From assembly GCF_009914755.1 (NCBI RefSeq), contig NC_060941.1: 64,000 nucleotides of DNA. The stretch is one strand, 5' to 3'. Position 1 is the stretch's first letter, and every line of letters begins with the position of its first letter. This document shows, in pieces, positions 12,001-27,000 of this stretch. Both the position numbers and the translations under genes were made by a program. Under the pieces are notes generated by a model. The model was not told where the DNA came from. It searched no databases and saw only the letters and a program-made list of their open reading frames with translations. This DNA comes from the human T2T-CHM13v2.0 reference genome, Homo sapiens.

Positions 12001-15000
12001 AGACAGAAGCATCCTCAGAAGCTTCTCTGTGATGACTGCATTCAACTCACGGAGTTGAACACTCCTTTTGAGAGCGCAGTTTTGAAACTCTCTTTCTGTG
12101 GCATCTGCAAGGGGACATGTAGACCTCTTTGAAGATTTCGTTGGAAACGGAATCATCTTCACATAAAAACTATACAGATGCATTCTCAGGAACTTTTTGG
12201 TGATGTTTGTATTCAACTCCCAGAGTTGAACTTTCCTTTGGAAAGAGCAGCTATGAAACACTCTTTTTCTAGAATCTGCAAGTGGACGTTTGGAGGGCTT
12301 TGTGGTTTGTGGTGGAAAAGGAAATATCTTCACCTCAATACTAGATAGAAGCATTCTCAGAAACTGCTTTGTGATGATTGCATTCACCTCACAGAGTTGA
12401 ACATTCCTATTGATAGAGCAGTTTGGAAACACTCTTGTTGTGGAATGTGCAAGTGGAGATTTGGAGCGCTTTGAGGCCTATGGTAGTAAAGGGAATAGCT
12501 TCATAGAAAAACTAGACAGAAGCATTCTCAGAAAATACTTTGTGATGATTGAGTTTAACTCACAGAGCTGAACATTCCTTTGGATGGAGCAGGTTTGAGA
12601 CACACTTTTTGTAGAATCTACAAGTGGATATTTGGACCTCTCTGAGGATTTCGTTGGAAACGGGATAACTGCACCTAACTAAACGGAAGCATTCTCAGAA
12701 ACTTCTTGGTGATGTTTGCATTCAAATCCCAGAGTTGAACCTTCCTTTGATAGTTCAGGTTTGAAACACTCTTTTTGTAGGATCTGCAAGTGGATATTTG
12801 GACCACTCTGTGGCCTTCGTTCGAAACGGGTATATCTTCGCATAAAATCTAGACAGAAGCCTTCTCAGAAACTTCTCTGTGATGATTGCATTCAACTCAC
12901 AGAGTTGAACCCTCCTATGGATAGAGCAGTGTTGAAACTCTCTTTTTGTGGAATCTGCAAGTGGATATGTGGACCTCTCCGAAGATGTCTTTGGAAACGG
13001 GAATATCTTCACATAAAAACTAAACAGAAGCATTCTCAGAAACTTCTCTGTGATGTTTGTGTTCAACTCCCAGAGTTTCACATTGCTTTTCATAGAGTAG
13101 TTCTGAAACATGCTTTTCGTAGTGTCTACAAGTGGACATTTGGAGCGCTTTCAGGCCTGTGGTGGAAAACGAATTATGGTCACATAAAAACTGGAGAGAA
13201 GCATTGTCAGAAACTTCTTTGTGATGATTGCATTCAACTCACAGAGTTGAAGGTTCCTTTTCAAAGAGCAGTTTCCAATCACTCTTTGTGTGGAATCTGC
13301 AAGTGGATATTCGGACCTATTTTGAAGATTTCGTTGGAAACGGGAGAATCTTCACAGGAAAGCTAAACAGAAGCATTCTCAGAAACTTCTTTGTGATGCT
13401 TGCATTCAACTCACAGAGTTGAACTTTCCTTTCGAGAGAGAAGCTTTGAAACACTCTTTTTCCAGAATCTGCAAGTGGACATTTGGAGGGCTTTGAGGCC
13501 TGTGGTGGAAAAGGAATTATCTTCCCGTAAAAGCTAGATAGAAGCATTCTCAGAAACTACTTTGTGATGATTGCATTCAAGTCACAGAGTTGAACATTCC
13601 CTTTGACAGAGCAGTTTGGAAACTCTCTTTGTGTAGAATCTGCAAGTGGAGATATGGACCGCTTTGAGGCCTATGGTAGTAAAGGAAATAGCTTCATATA
13701 AAAGCTAGACAGTAGCATTCACAGAAAACTCTTGGTGACGACTGAGTTTAACTCACAGAGCTGAACATTCCTTTGGATGGAGCAGTTTCGAAACACACTA
13801 TTTGTAGAATGTGCAAGTGGATATTTAGGCCTCTCTGAGGATTTCGTTGGAAACGGGATAAACCGCACAGAACTAAACAGAAGCATTCTCAGAACCTTCT
13901 TCGTGATGTTTGCATTCAACTCACAGTGTTGAACCTTTCTTTGATAGTTCAGGTTTGAAACGGTCTTTCTGTAGAAACTGCAAGTAGATATTTGGACCTC
14001 TCTGAGGATTTCGTTGGAAACGGGATAACCCGCACAGAACTAAAACAGAAGCATTCTCAGAACCCTCTTCGTGATGTTTGCATTCAACTCACAGTGCTGA
14101 ACCTTTCTTTGATAGTTCAGCTTTGAAACACTCTTTTTGTAGAAACTGCAAGTGGATATTTGGTCCTCTCTGAGGATTTCGTTGGAAACGGGATAAACTG
14201 CACAGAACTAAACAGAAGCATTCTCAGAACCTTCTTCGTGATGTCTGCATTCAACTCACAGTGTGGAACCTTTCTTTGATAGTTCAGGTTTGAAACACTC
14301 TTTTTGTAGAAACTGCAAGGGGATAATTGCACTCTTTGAGGAGTACCGTAGTAAAGGAAATAACTTCCTATAAAAAGAAGACAGAAGCTTTCTCAGAAAA
14401 TTCTTTGGGATGATTGAGTTGAACTCACAGAGCTGAGCATTCCTTGCGATGTAGCAGTTTAGAAACACACTTTCTGCAGAATCTGCAAGTGCATATTTGG
14501 ACCTCTGTGAGGAATTCGTTGGAAACGGGATAATTTCAGCTGACTAAACAGAAGCAGTCTCAGAATCTTCTTTGTGATGTTTGCATTCAAATCCCCGAGT
14601 TGAACTTTCCTTTCAAAGTTCACGTTTGAAACACTCTTTTTGCAGGATCTACAAGTGGATATTTGGACCACTCTGTGTCCTTCGTTCGAAACGGGTATAT
14701 CTTCACATGACATCTAGACAGAAGCATCCTCAGAAGCTTCTCTGTGATGACTGCATTCAACTCACGGAGTTGAACACTCCTTTTGAGAGCGCAGTTTTGA
14801 AACTCTCTTTCTGTGGCATCTGCAAGGGGACATGTAGACCTCTTTGAAGATTTCGTTGGAAACGGAATCATCTTCACATAAAAACTATACAGATGCATTC
14901 TCAGGAACTTTTTGGTGATGTTTGTATTCAACTCCCAGAGTTGAACTTTCCTTTGGAAAGAGCAGCTATGAAACACTCTTTTTCTAGAATCTGCAAGTGG

Positions 15001-18000
15001 ACGTTTGGAGGGCTTTGTGGTTTGTGGTGGAAAAGGAAATATCTTCACCTCAATACTAGATAGAAGCATTCTCAGAAACTGCTTTGTGATGATTGCATTC
15101 ACCTCACAGAGTTGAACATTCCTATTGATAGAGCAGTTTGGAAACACTCTTGTTGTGGAATGTGCAAGTGGAGATTTGGAGCGCTTTGAGGCCTATGGTA
15201 GTAAAGGGAATAGCTTCATAGAAAAACTAGACAGAAGCATTCTCAGAAAATACTTTGTGATGATTGAGTTTAACTCACAGAGCTGAACATTCCTTTGGAT
15301 GGAGCAGGTTTGAGACACACTTTTTGTAGAATCTACAAGTGGATATTTGGACCTCTCTGAGGATTTCGTTGGAAACGGGATAACTGCACCTAACTAAACG
15401 GAAGCATTCTCAGAAACTTCTTGGTGATGTTTGCATTCAAATCCCAGAGTTGAACCTTCCTTTGATAGTTCAGGTTTGAAACACTCTTTTTGTAGGATCT
15501 GCAAGTGGATATTTGGACCACTCTGTGGCCTTCGTTCGAAACGGGTATATCTTCGCATAAAATCTAGACAGAAGCCTTCTCAGAAACTTCTCTGTGATGA
15601 TTGCATTCAACTCACAGAGTTGAACCCTCCTATGGATAGAGCAGTGTTGAAACTCTCTTTTTGTGGAATCTGCAAGTGGATATGTGGACCTCTCCGAAGA
15701 TGTCTTTGGAAACGGGAATATCTTCACATAAAAACTAAACAGAAGCATTCTCAGAAACTTCTCTGTGATGTTTGTGTTCAACTCCCAGAGTTTCACATTG
15801 CTTTTCATAGAGTAGTTCTGAAACATGCTTTTCGTAGTGTCTACAAGTGGACATTTGGAGCGCTTTCAGGCCTGTGGTGGAAAACGAATTATGGTCACAT
15901 AAAAACTGGAGAGAAGCATTGTCAGAAACTTCTTTGTGATGATTGCATTCAACTCACAGAGTTGAAGGTTCCTTTTCAAAGAGCAGTTTCCAATCACTCT
16001 TTGTGTGGAATCTGCAAGTGGATATTTGGACCTATTTTGAAGATTTCGTTGGAAACGGGAGAATCTTCACAGGAAAGCTAAACAGAAGCATTCTCAGAAA
16101 CTTCTTTGTGATGCTTGCATTCAACTCACAGAGTTGAACTTTCCTTTCGAGAGAGAAGCTTTGAAACACTCTTTTTCCAGAATCTGCAAGTGGACATTTG
16201 GAGGGCTTTGAGGCCTGTGGTGGAAAAGGAATTATCTTCCCGTAAAAGCTAGATAGAAGCATTCTCAGAAACTACTTTGTGATGATTGCATTCAAGTCAC
16301 AGAGTTGAACATTCCCTTTGACAGAGCAGTTTGGAAACTCTCTTTGTGTAGAATCTGCAAGTGGAGATATGGACCGCTTTGAGGCCTATGGTAGTAAAGG
16401 AAATAGCTTCATATAAAAGCTAGACAGTAGCATTCACAGAAAACTCTTGGTGACGACTGAGTTTAACTCACAGAGCTGAACATTCCTTTGGATGGAGCAG
16501 TTTCGAAACACACTATTTGTAGAATGTGCAAGTGGATATTTAGGCCTCTCTGAGGATTTCGTTGGAAACGGGATAAACCGCACAGAACTAAACAGAAGCA
16601 TTCTCAGAACCTTCTTCGTGATGTTTGCATTCAACTCACAGTGTTGAACCTTTCTTTGATAGTTCAGGTTTGAAACGGTCTTTCTGTAGAAACTGCAAGT
16701 AGATATTTGGACCTCTCTGAGGATTTCGTTGGAAACGGGATAACCCGCACAGAACTAAAACAGAAGCATTCTCAGAACCCTCTTCGTGATGTTTGCATTC
16801 AACTCACAGTGCTGAACCTTTCTTTGATAGTTCAGCTTTGAAACACTCTTTTTGTAGAAACTGCAAGTGGATATTTGGTCCTCTCTGAGGATTTCGTTGG
16901 AAACGGGATAAACTGCACAGAACTAAACAGAAGCATTCTCAGAACCTTCTTCGTGATGTCTGCATTCAACTCACAGTGTGGAACCTTTCTTTGATAGTTC
17001 AGGTTTGAAACACTCTTTTTGTAGAAACTGCAAGGGGATAATTGCACTCTTTGAGGAGTACCGTAGTAAAGGAAATAACTTCCTATAAAAAGAAGACAGA
17101 AGCTTTCTCAGAAAATTCTTTGGGATGATTGAGTTGAACTCACAGAGCTGAGCATTCCTTGCGATGTAGCAGTTTAGAAACACACTTTCTGCAGAATCTG
17201 CAAGTGCATATTTGGACCTCTGTGAGGAATTCGTTGGAAACGGGATAATTTCAGCTGACTAAACAGAAGCAGTCTCAGAATCTTCTTTGTGATGTTTGCA
17301 TTCAAATCCCCGAGTTGAACTTTCCTTTCAAAGTTCACGTTTGAAACACTCTTTTTGCAGGATCTACAAGTGGATATTTGGACCACTCTGTGTCCTTCGT
17401 TCGAAACGGGTATATCTTCACATGACATCTAGACAGAAGCATCCTCAGAAGCTTCTCTGTGATGACTGCATTCAACTCACGGAGTTGAACACTCCTTTTG
17501 AGAGCGCAGTTTTGAAACTCTCTTTCTGTGGCATCTGCAAGGGGACATGTAGACCTCTTTGAAGATTTCGTTGGAAACGGAATCATCTTCACATAAAAAC
17601 TATACAGATGCATTCTCAGGAACTTTTTGGTGATGTTTGTATTCAACTCCCAGAGTTGAACTTTCCTTTGGAAAGAGCAGCTATGAAACACTCTTTTTCT
17701 AGAATCTGCAAGTGGACGTTTGGAGGGCTTTGTGGTTTGTGGTGGAAAAGGAAATATCTTCACCTCAATACTAGATAGAAGCATTCTCAGAAACTGCTTT
17801 GTGATGATTGCATTCACCTCACAGAGTTGAACATTCCTATTGATAGAGCAGTTTGGAAACACTCTTGTTGTGGAATGTGCAAGTGGAGATTTGGAGCGCT
17901 TTGAGGCCTATGGTAGTAAAGGGAATAGCTTCATAGAAAAACTAGACAGAAGCATTCTCAGAAAATACTTTGTGATGATTGAGTTTAACTCACAGAGCTG

Positions 18001-21000
18001 AACATTCCTTTGGATGGAGCAGGTTTGAGACACACTTTTTGTAGAATCTACAAGTGGATATTTGGACCTCTCTGAGGATTTCGTTGGAAACGGGATAACT
18101 GCACCTAACTAAACGGAAGCATTCTCAGAAACTTCTTGGTGATGTTTGCATTCAAATCCCAGAGTTGAACCTTCCTTTGATAGTTCAGGTTTGAAACACT
18201 CTTTTTGTAGGATCTGCAAGTGGATATTTGGACCACTCTGTGGCCTTCGTTCGAAACGGGTATATCTTCGCATAAAATCTAGACAGAAGCCTTCTCAGAA
18301 ACTTCTCTGTGATGATTGCATTCAACTCACAGAGTTGAACCCTCCTATGGATAGAGCAGTGTTGAAACTCTCTTTTTGTGGAATCTGCAAGTGGATATGT
18401 GGACCTCTCCGAAGATGTCTTTGGAAACGGGAATATCTTCACATAAAAACTAAACAGAAGCATTCTCAGAAACTTCTCTGTGATGTTTGTGTTCAACTCC
18501 CAGAGTTTCACATTGCTTTTCATAGAGTAGTTCTGAAACATGCTTTTCGTAGTGTCTACAAGTGGACATTTGGAGCGCTTTCAGGCCTGTGGTGGAAAAC
18601 GAATTATGGTCACATAAAAACTGGAGAGAAGCATTGTCAGAAACTTCTTTGTGATGATTGCATTCAACTCACAGAGTTGAAGGTTCCTTTTCAAAGAGCA
18701 GTTTCCAATCACTCTTTGTGTGGAATCTGCAAGTGGATATTTGGACCTATTTTGAAGATTTCGTTGGAAACGGGAGAATCTTCACAGGAAAGCTAAACAG
18801 AAGCATTCTCAGAAACTTCTTTGTGATGCTTGCATTCAACTCACAGAGTTGAACTTTCCTTTCGAGAGAGAAGCTTTGAAACACTCTTTTTCCAGAATCT
18901 GCAAGTGGACATTTGGAGGGCTTTGAGGCCTGTGGTGGAAAAGGAATTATCTTCCCGTAAAAGCTAGATAGAAGCATTCTCAGAAACTACTTTGTGATGA
19001 TTGCATTCAAGTCACAGAGTTGAACATTCCCTTTGACAGAGCAGTTTGGAAACTCTCTTTGTGTAGAATCTGCAAGTGGAGATATGGACCGCTTTGAGGC
19101 CTATGGTAGTAAAGGAAATAGCTTCATATAAAAGCTAGACAGTAGCATTCACAGAAAACTCTTGGTGACGACTGAGTTTAACTCACAGAGCTGAACATTC
19201 CTTTGGATGGAGCAGTTTCGAAACACACTATTTGTAGAATGTGCAAGTGGATATTTAGGCCTCTCTGAGGATTTCGTTGGAAACGGGATAAACCGCACAG
19301 AACTAAACAGAAGCATTCTCAGAACCTTCTTCGTGATGTTTGCATTCAACTCACAGTGTTGAACCTTTCTTTGATAGTTCAGGTTTGAAACGGTCTTTCT
19401 GTAGAAACTGCAAGTAGATATTTGGACCGCTCTGAGGATTTCGTTGGAAACGGGATAACCCGCACAGAACTAAAACAGAAGCATTCTCAGAACCCTCTTC
19501 GTGATGTTTGCATTCAACTCACAGTGCTGAACCTTTCTTTGATAGTTCAGCTTTGAAACACTCTTTTTGTAGAAACTGCAAGTGGATATTTGGTCCTCTC
19601 TGAGCATTTCGTTGGAAACGGGATAAACTGCACAGAACTAAACAGAAGCATTCTCAGAACCTTCTTCGTGATGTCTGCATTCAACTCACAGTGTGGAACC
19701 TTTCTTTGATAGTTCAGGTTTGAAACACTCTTTTTGTAGAAACTGCAAGGGGATAATTGCACTCTTTGAGGAGTACCGTAGTAAAGGAAATAACTTCCTA
19801 TAAAAAGAAGACAGAAGCTTTCTCAGAAAATTCTTTGGGATGATTGAGTTGAACTCACAGAGCTGAGCATTCCTTGCGATGTAGCAGTTTAGAAACACAC
19901 TTTCTGCAGAATCTGCAAGTGCATATTTGGACCTCTGTGAGGAATTCGTTGGAAACGGGATAATTTCAGCTGACTAAACAGAAGCAGTCTCAGAATCTTC
20001 TTTGTGATGTTTGCATTCACATCCCCGAGTTGAACTTTCCTTTCAAAGTTCACGTTTGAAACACTCTTTTTGCAGGATCTACAAGTGGATATTTGGACCA
20101 CTCTGTGTCCTTCGTTCGAAACGGGTATATCTTCACATGACATCTAGACAGAAGCATCCTCAGAAGCTTCTCTGTGATGACTGCATTCAACTCACGGAGT
20201 TGAACACTCCTTTTGAGAGCGCAGTTTTGAAACTCTCTTTCTGTGGCATCTGCAAGGGGACATGTAGACCTCTTTGAAGATTTCGTTGGAAACGGAATCA
20301 TCTTCACATAAAAACTATACAGATGCATTCTCAGGAACTTTTTGGTGATGTTTGTATTCAACTCCCAGAGTTGAACTTTCCTTTGGAAAGAGCAGCTATG
20401 AAACACTCTTTTTCTAGAATCTGCAAGTGGACGTTTGGAGGGCTTTGTGGTTTGTGGTGGAAAAGGAAATATCTTCACCTCAATACTAGATAGAAGCATT
20501 CTCAGAAACTGCTTTGTGATGATTGCATTCACCTCACAGAGTTGAACATTCCTATTGAAAGAGCAGTTTGGAAACACTCTTGTTGTGGAATGTGCAAGTG
20601 GAGATTTGGAGCGCTTTGAGGCCTATGGTAGTAAAGGGAATAGCTTCATAGAAAAACTAGACAGAAGCATTCTCAGAAAATACTTTGTGATGATTGAGTT
20701 TAACTCACAGAGCTGAACATTCCTTTGGATGGAGCAGGTTTGAGACACACTTTTTGTAGAATCTACAAGTGGATATTTGGACCTCTCTGAGGATTTCGTT
20801 GGAAACGGGATAACGGCACCTAACTAAACGGAAGCATTCTCAGAAACTTCTTGGTGATGTTTGCATTCAAATCCCAGAGTTGAACCTTCCTTTGATAGTT
20901 CAGGTTTGAAACACTCTTTTTGTAGGATCTGCAAGTGGATATTTGGACCACTCTGTGGCCTTCGTTCGAAACGGGTATATCTTCGCATAAAATCTAGACA

Positions 21001-24000
21001 GAAGCCTTCTCAGAAACTTCTCTGTGATGATTGCATTCAACTCACAGAGTTGAACCCTCCTATGGATAGAGCAGTGTTGAAACTCTCTTTTTGTGGAATC
21101 TGCAAGTGGATATGTGGACCTCTCCGAAGATGTCTTTGGAAACGGGAATATCTTCACATAAAAACTAAACAGAAGCATTCTCAGAAACTTCTCTGTGATG
21201 TTTGTGTTCAACTCCCAGAGTTTCACATTGCTTTTCATAGAGTAGTTCTGAAACATGCTTTTCGTAGTGTCTACAAGTGGACATTTGGAGCGCTTTCAGG
21301 CCTGTGGTGGAAAACGAATTATGGTCACATAAAAACTGGAGAGAAGCATTGTCAGAAACTTCTTTGTGATGATTGCATTCAACTCACAGAGTTGAAGGTT
21401 CCTTTTCAAAGAGCAGTTTCCAATCACTCTTTGTGTGGAATCTGCAAGTGGATATTTGGACCTATTTTGAAGATTTCGTTGGAAACGGGAGAATCTTCAC
21501 AGGAAAGCTAAACAGAAGCATTCTCAGAAACTTCTTTGTGATGCTTGCATTCAACTCACAGAGTTGAACTTTCCTTTCGAGAGAGAAGCTTTGAAACACT
21601 CTTTTTCCAGAATCTGCAAGTGGACATTTGGAGGGCTTTGAGGCCTGTGGTGGAAAAGGAATTATCTTCCCGTAAAAGCTAGATAGAAGCATTCTCAGAA
21701 ACTACTTTGTGATGATTGCATTCAAGTCACAGAGTTGAACATTCCCTTTGACAGAGCAGTTTGGAAACTCTCTTTGTGTAGAATCTGCAAGTGGAGATAT
21801 GGACCGCTTTGAGGCCTATGGTAGTAAAGGAAATAGCTTCATATAAAAGCTAGACAGTAGCATTCACAGAAAACTCTTGGTGACGACTGAGTTTAACTCA
21901 CAGAGCTGAACATTCCTTTGGATGGAGCAGTTTCGAAACACACTATTTGTAGAATGTGCAAGTGGATATTTAGGCCTCTCTGAGGATTTCGTTGGAAACG
22001 GGATAAACCGCACAGAACTAAACAGAAGCATTCTCAGAACCTTCTTCGTGATGTTTGCATTCAACTCACAGTGTTGAACCTTTCTTTGATAGTTCAGGTT
22101 TGAAACGGTCTTTCTGTAGAAACTGCAAGTAGATATTTGGACCGCTCTGAGGATTTCGTTGGAAACGGGATAACCCGCACAGAACTAAAACAGAAGCATT
22201 CTCAGAACCCTCTTCGTGATGTTTGCATTCAACTCACAGTGCTGAACCTTTCTTTGATAGTTCAGCTTTGAAACACTCTTTTTGTAGAAACTGCAAGTGG
22301 ATATTTGGTCCTCTCTGAGCATTTCGTTGGAAACGGGATAAACTGCACAGAACTAAACAGAAGCATTCTCAGAACCTTCTTCGTGATGTCTGCATTCAAC
22401 TCACAGTGTGGAACCTTTCTTTGATAGTTCAGGTTTGAAACACTCTTTTTGTAGAAACTGCAAGGGGATAATTGCACTCTTTGAGGAGTACCGTAGTAAA
22501 GGAAATAACTTCCTATAAAAAGAAGACAGAAGCTTTCTCAGAAAATTCTTTGGGATGATTGAGTTGAACTCACAGAGCTGAGCATTCCTTGCGATGTAGC
22601 AGTTTAGAAACACACTTTCTGCAGAATCTGCAAGTGCATATTTGGACCTCTGTGAGGAATTCGTTGGAAACGGGATAATTTCAGCTGACTAAACAGAAGC
22701 AGTCTCAGAATCTTCTTTGTGATGTTTGCATTCACATCCCCGAGTTGAACTTTCCTTTCAAAGTTCACGTTTGAAACACTCTTTTTGCAGGATCTACAAG
22801 TGGATATTTGGACCACTCTGTGTCCTTCGTTCGAAACGGGTATATCTTCACATGACATCTAGACAGAAGCATCCTCAGAAGCTTCTCTGTGATGACTGCA
22901 TTCAACTCACGGAGTTGAACACTCCTTTTGAGAGCGCAGTTTTGAAACTCTCTTTCTGTGGCATCTGCAAGGGGACATGTAGACCTCTTTGAAGATTTCG
23001 TTGGAAACGGAATCATCTTCACATAAAAACTATACAGATGCATTCTCAGGAACTTTTTGGTGATGTTTGTATTCAACTCCCAGAGTTGAACTTTCCTTTG
23101 GAAAGAGCAGCTATGAAACACTCTTTTTCTAGAATCTGCAAGTGGACGTTTGGAGGGCTTTGTGGTTTGTGGTGGAAAAGGAAATATCTTCACCTAAATA
23201 CTAGATAGAAGCATTCTCAGAAACTGCTTTGTGATGATTGCATTCACCTCACAGAGTTGAACATTCCTATTGATAGAGCAGTTTGGAAACACTCTTGTTG
23301 TGGAATGTGCAAGTGGAGATTTGGAGCGCTTTGAGGCCTATGGTAGTAAAGGGAATAGCTTCATAGAAAAACTAGACAGAAGCATTCTCAGAAAATACTT
23401 TGTGATGATTGAGTTTAACTCACAGAGCTGAACATTCCTTTGGATGGAGCAGGTTTGAGACACACTTTTTGTAGAATCTACAAGTGGATATTTGGACCTC
23501 TCTGAGGATTTCGTTGGAAACGGGATAACTGCACCTAACTAAACGGAAGCATTCTCAGAAACTTCTTGGTGATGTTTGCATTCAAATCCCAGAGTTGAAC
23601 CTTCCTTTGATAGTTCAGGTTTGAAACACTCTTTTTGTAGGATCTGCAAGTGGATATTTGGACCACTCTGTGGCCTTCGTTCGAAACGGGTATATCTTCG
23701 CATAAAATCTAGACAGAAGCCTTCTCAGAAACTTCTCTGTGATGATTGCATTCAACTCACAGAGTTGAACCCTCCTATGGATAGAGCAGTGTTGAAACTC
23801 TCTTTTTGTGGAATCTGCAAGTGGATATGTGGACCTCTCCGAAGATGTCTTTGGAAACGGGAATATCTTCACATAAAAACTAAACAGAAGCATTCTCAGA
23901 AACTTCTCTGTGATGTTTGTGTTCAACTCCCAGAGTTTCACATTGCTTTTCATAGAGTAGTTCTGAAACATGCTTTTCGTAGTGTCTACAAGTGGACATT

Positions 24001-27000
24001 TGGAGCGCTTTCAGGCCTGTGGTGGAAAACGAATTATGGTCACATAAAAACTGGAGAGAAGCATTGTCAGAAACTTCTTTGTGATGATTGCATTCAACTC
24101 ACAGAGTTGAAGGTTCCTTTTCAAAGAGCAGTTTCCAATCACTCTTTGTGTGGAATCTGCAAGTGGATATTTGGACCTATTTTGAAGATTTCGTTGGAAA
24201 CGGGAGAATCTTCACAGGAAAGCTAAACAGAAGCATTCTCAGAAACTTCTTTGTGATGCTTGCATTCAACTCACAGAGTTGAACTTTCCTTTCGAGAGAG
24301 AAGCTTTGAAACACTCTTTTTCCAGAATCTGCAAGTGGACATTTGGAGGGCTTTGAGGCCTGTGGTGGAAAAGGAATTATCTTCCCGTAAAAGCTAGATA
24401 GAAGCATTCTCAGAAACTACTTTGTGATGATTGCATTCAAGTCACAGAGTTGAACATTCCCTTTGACAGAGCAGTTTGGAAACTCTCTTTGTGTAGAATC
24501 TGCAAGTGGAGATATGGACCGCTTTGAGGCCTATGGTAGTAAAGGAAATAGCTTCATATAAAAGCTAGACAGTAGCATTCACAGAAAACTCTTGGTGACG
24601 ACTGAGTTTAACTCACAGAGCTGAACATTCCTTTGGATGGAGCAGTTTCGAAACACACTATTTGTAGAATGTGCAAGTGGATATTTAGGCCTCTCTGAGG
24701 ATTTCGTTGGAAACGGGATAAACCGCACAGAACTAAACAGAAGCATTCTCAGAACCTTCTTCGTGATGTTTGCATTCAACTCACAGTGTTGAACCTTTCT
24801 TTGATAGTTCAGGTTTGAAACGGTCTTTCTGTAGAAACTGCAAGTAGATATTTGGACCGCTCTGAGGATTTCGTTGGAAACGGGATAACCCGCACAGAAC
24901 TAAAACAGAAGCATTCTCAGAACCCTCTTCGTGATGTTTGCATTCAACTCACAGTGCTGAACCTTTCTTTGATAGTTCAGCTTTGAAACACTCTTTTTGT
25001 AGAAACTGCAAGTGGATATTTGGTCCTCTCTGAGCATTTCGTTGGAAACGGGATAAACTGCACAGAACTAAACAGAAGCATTCTCAGAACCTTCTTCGTG
25101 ATGTCTGCATTCAACTCACAGTGTGGAACCTTTCTTTGATAGTTCAGGTTTGAAACACTCTTTTTGTAGAAACTGCAAGGGGATAATTGCACTCTTTGAG
25201 GAGTACCGTAGTAAAGGAAATAACTTCCTATAAAAAGAAGACAGAAGCTTTCTCAGAAAATTCTTTGGGATGATTGAGTTGAACTCACAGAGCTGAGCAT
25301 TCCTTGCGATGTAGCAGTTTAGAAACACACTTTCTGCAGAATCTGCAAGTGCATATTTGGACCTCTGTGAGGAATTCGTTGGAAACGGGATAATTTCAGC
25401 TGACTAAACAGAAGCAGTCTCAGAATCTTCTTTGTGATGTTTGCATTCACATCCCCGAGTTGAACTTTCCTTTCAAAGTTCACGTTTGAAACACTCTTTT
25501 TGCAGGATCTACAAGTGGATATTTGGACCACTCTGTGTCCTTCGTTCGAAACGGGTATATCTTCACATGACATCTAGACAGAAGCATCCTCAGAAGCTTC
25601 TCTGTGATGACTGCATTCAACTCACGGAGTTGAACACTCCTTTTGAGAGCGCAGTTTTGAAACTCTCTTTCTGTGGCATCTGCAAGGGGACATGTAGACC
25701 TCTTTGAAGATTTCGTTGGAAACGGAATCATCTTCACATAAAAACTATACAGATGCATTCTCAGGAACTTTTTGGTGATGTTTGTATTCAACTCCCAGAG
25801 TTGAACTTTCCTTTGGAAAGAGCAGCTATGAAACACTCTTTTTCTAGAATCTGCAAGTGGACGTTTGGAGGGCTTTGTGGTTTGTGGTGGAAAAGGAAAT
25901 ATCTTCACCTAAATACTAGATAGAAGCATTCTCAGAAACTGCTTTGTGATGATTGCATTCACCTCACAGAGTTGAACATTCCTATTGATAGAGCAGTTTG
26001 GAAACACTCTTGTTGTGGAATGTGCAAGTGGAGATTTGGAGCGCTTTGAGGCCTATGGTAGTAAAGGGAATAGCTTCATAGAAAAACTAGACAGAAGCAT
26101 TCTCAGAAAATACTTTGTGATGATTGAGTTTAACTCACAGAGCTGAACATTCCTTTGGATGGAGCAGGTTTGAGACACACTTTTTGTAGAATCTACAAGT
26201 GGATATTTGGACCTCTCTGAGGATTTCGTTGGAAACGGGATAACTGCACCTAACTAAACGGAAGCATTCTCAGAAACTTCTTGGTGATGTTTGCATTCAA
26301 ATCCCAGAGTTGAACCTTCCTTTGATAGTTCAGGTTTGAAACACTCTTTTTGTAGGATCTGCAAGTGGATATTTGGACCACTCTGTGGCCTTCGTTCGAA
26401 ACGGGTATATCTTCGCATAAAATCTAGACAGAAGCCTTCTCAGAAACTTCTCTGTGATGATTGCATTCAACTCACAGAGTTGAACCCTCCTATGGATAGA
26501 GCAGTGTTGAAACTCTCTTTTTGTGGAATCTGCAAGTGGATATGTGGACCTCTCCGAAGATGTCTTTGGAAACGGGAATATCTTCACATAAAAACTAAAC
26601 AGAAGCATTCTCAGAAACTTCTCTGTGATGTTTGTGTTCAACTCCCAGAGTTTCACATTGCTTTTCATAGAGTAGTTCTGAAACATGCTTTTCGTAGTGT
26701 CTACAAGTGGACATTTGGAGCGCTTTCAGGCCTGTGGTGGAAAACGAATTATGGTCACATAAAAACTGGAGAGAAGCATTGTCAGAAACTTCTTTGTGAT
26801 GATTGCATTCAACTCACAGAGTTGAAGGTTCCTTTTCAAAGAGCAGTTTCCAATCACTCTTTGTGTGGAATCTGCAAGTGGATATTTGGACCTATTTTGA
26901 AGATTTCGTTGGAAACGGGAGAATCTTCACAGGAAAGCTAAACAGAAGCATTCTCAGAAACTTCTTTGTGATGCTTGCATTCAACTCACAGAGTTGAACT

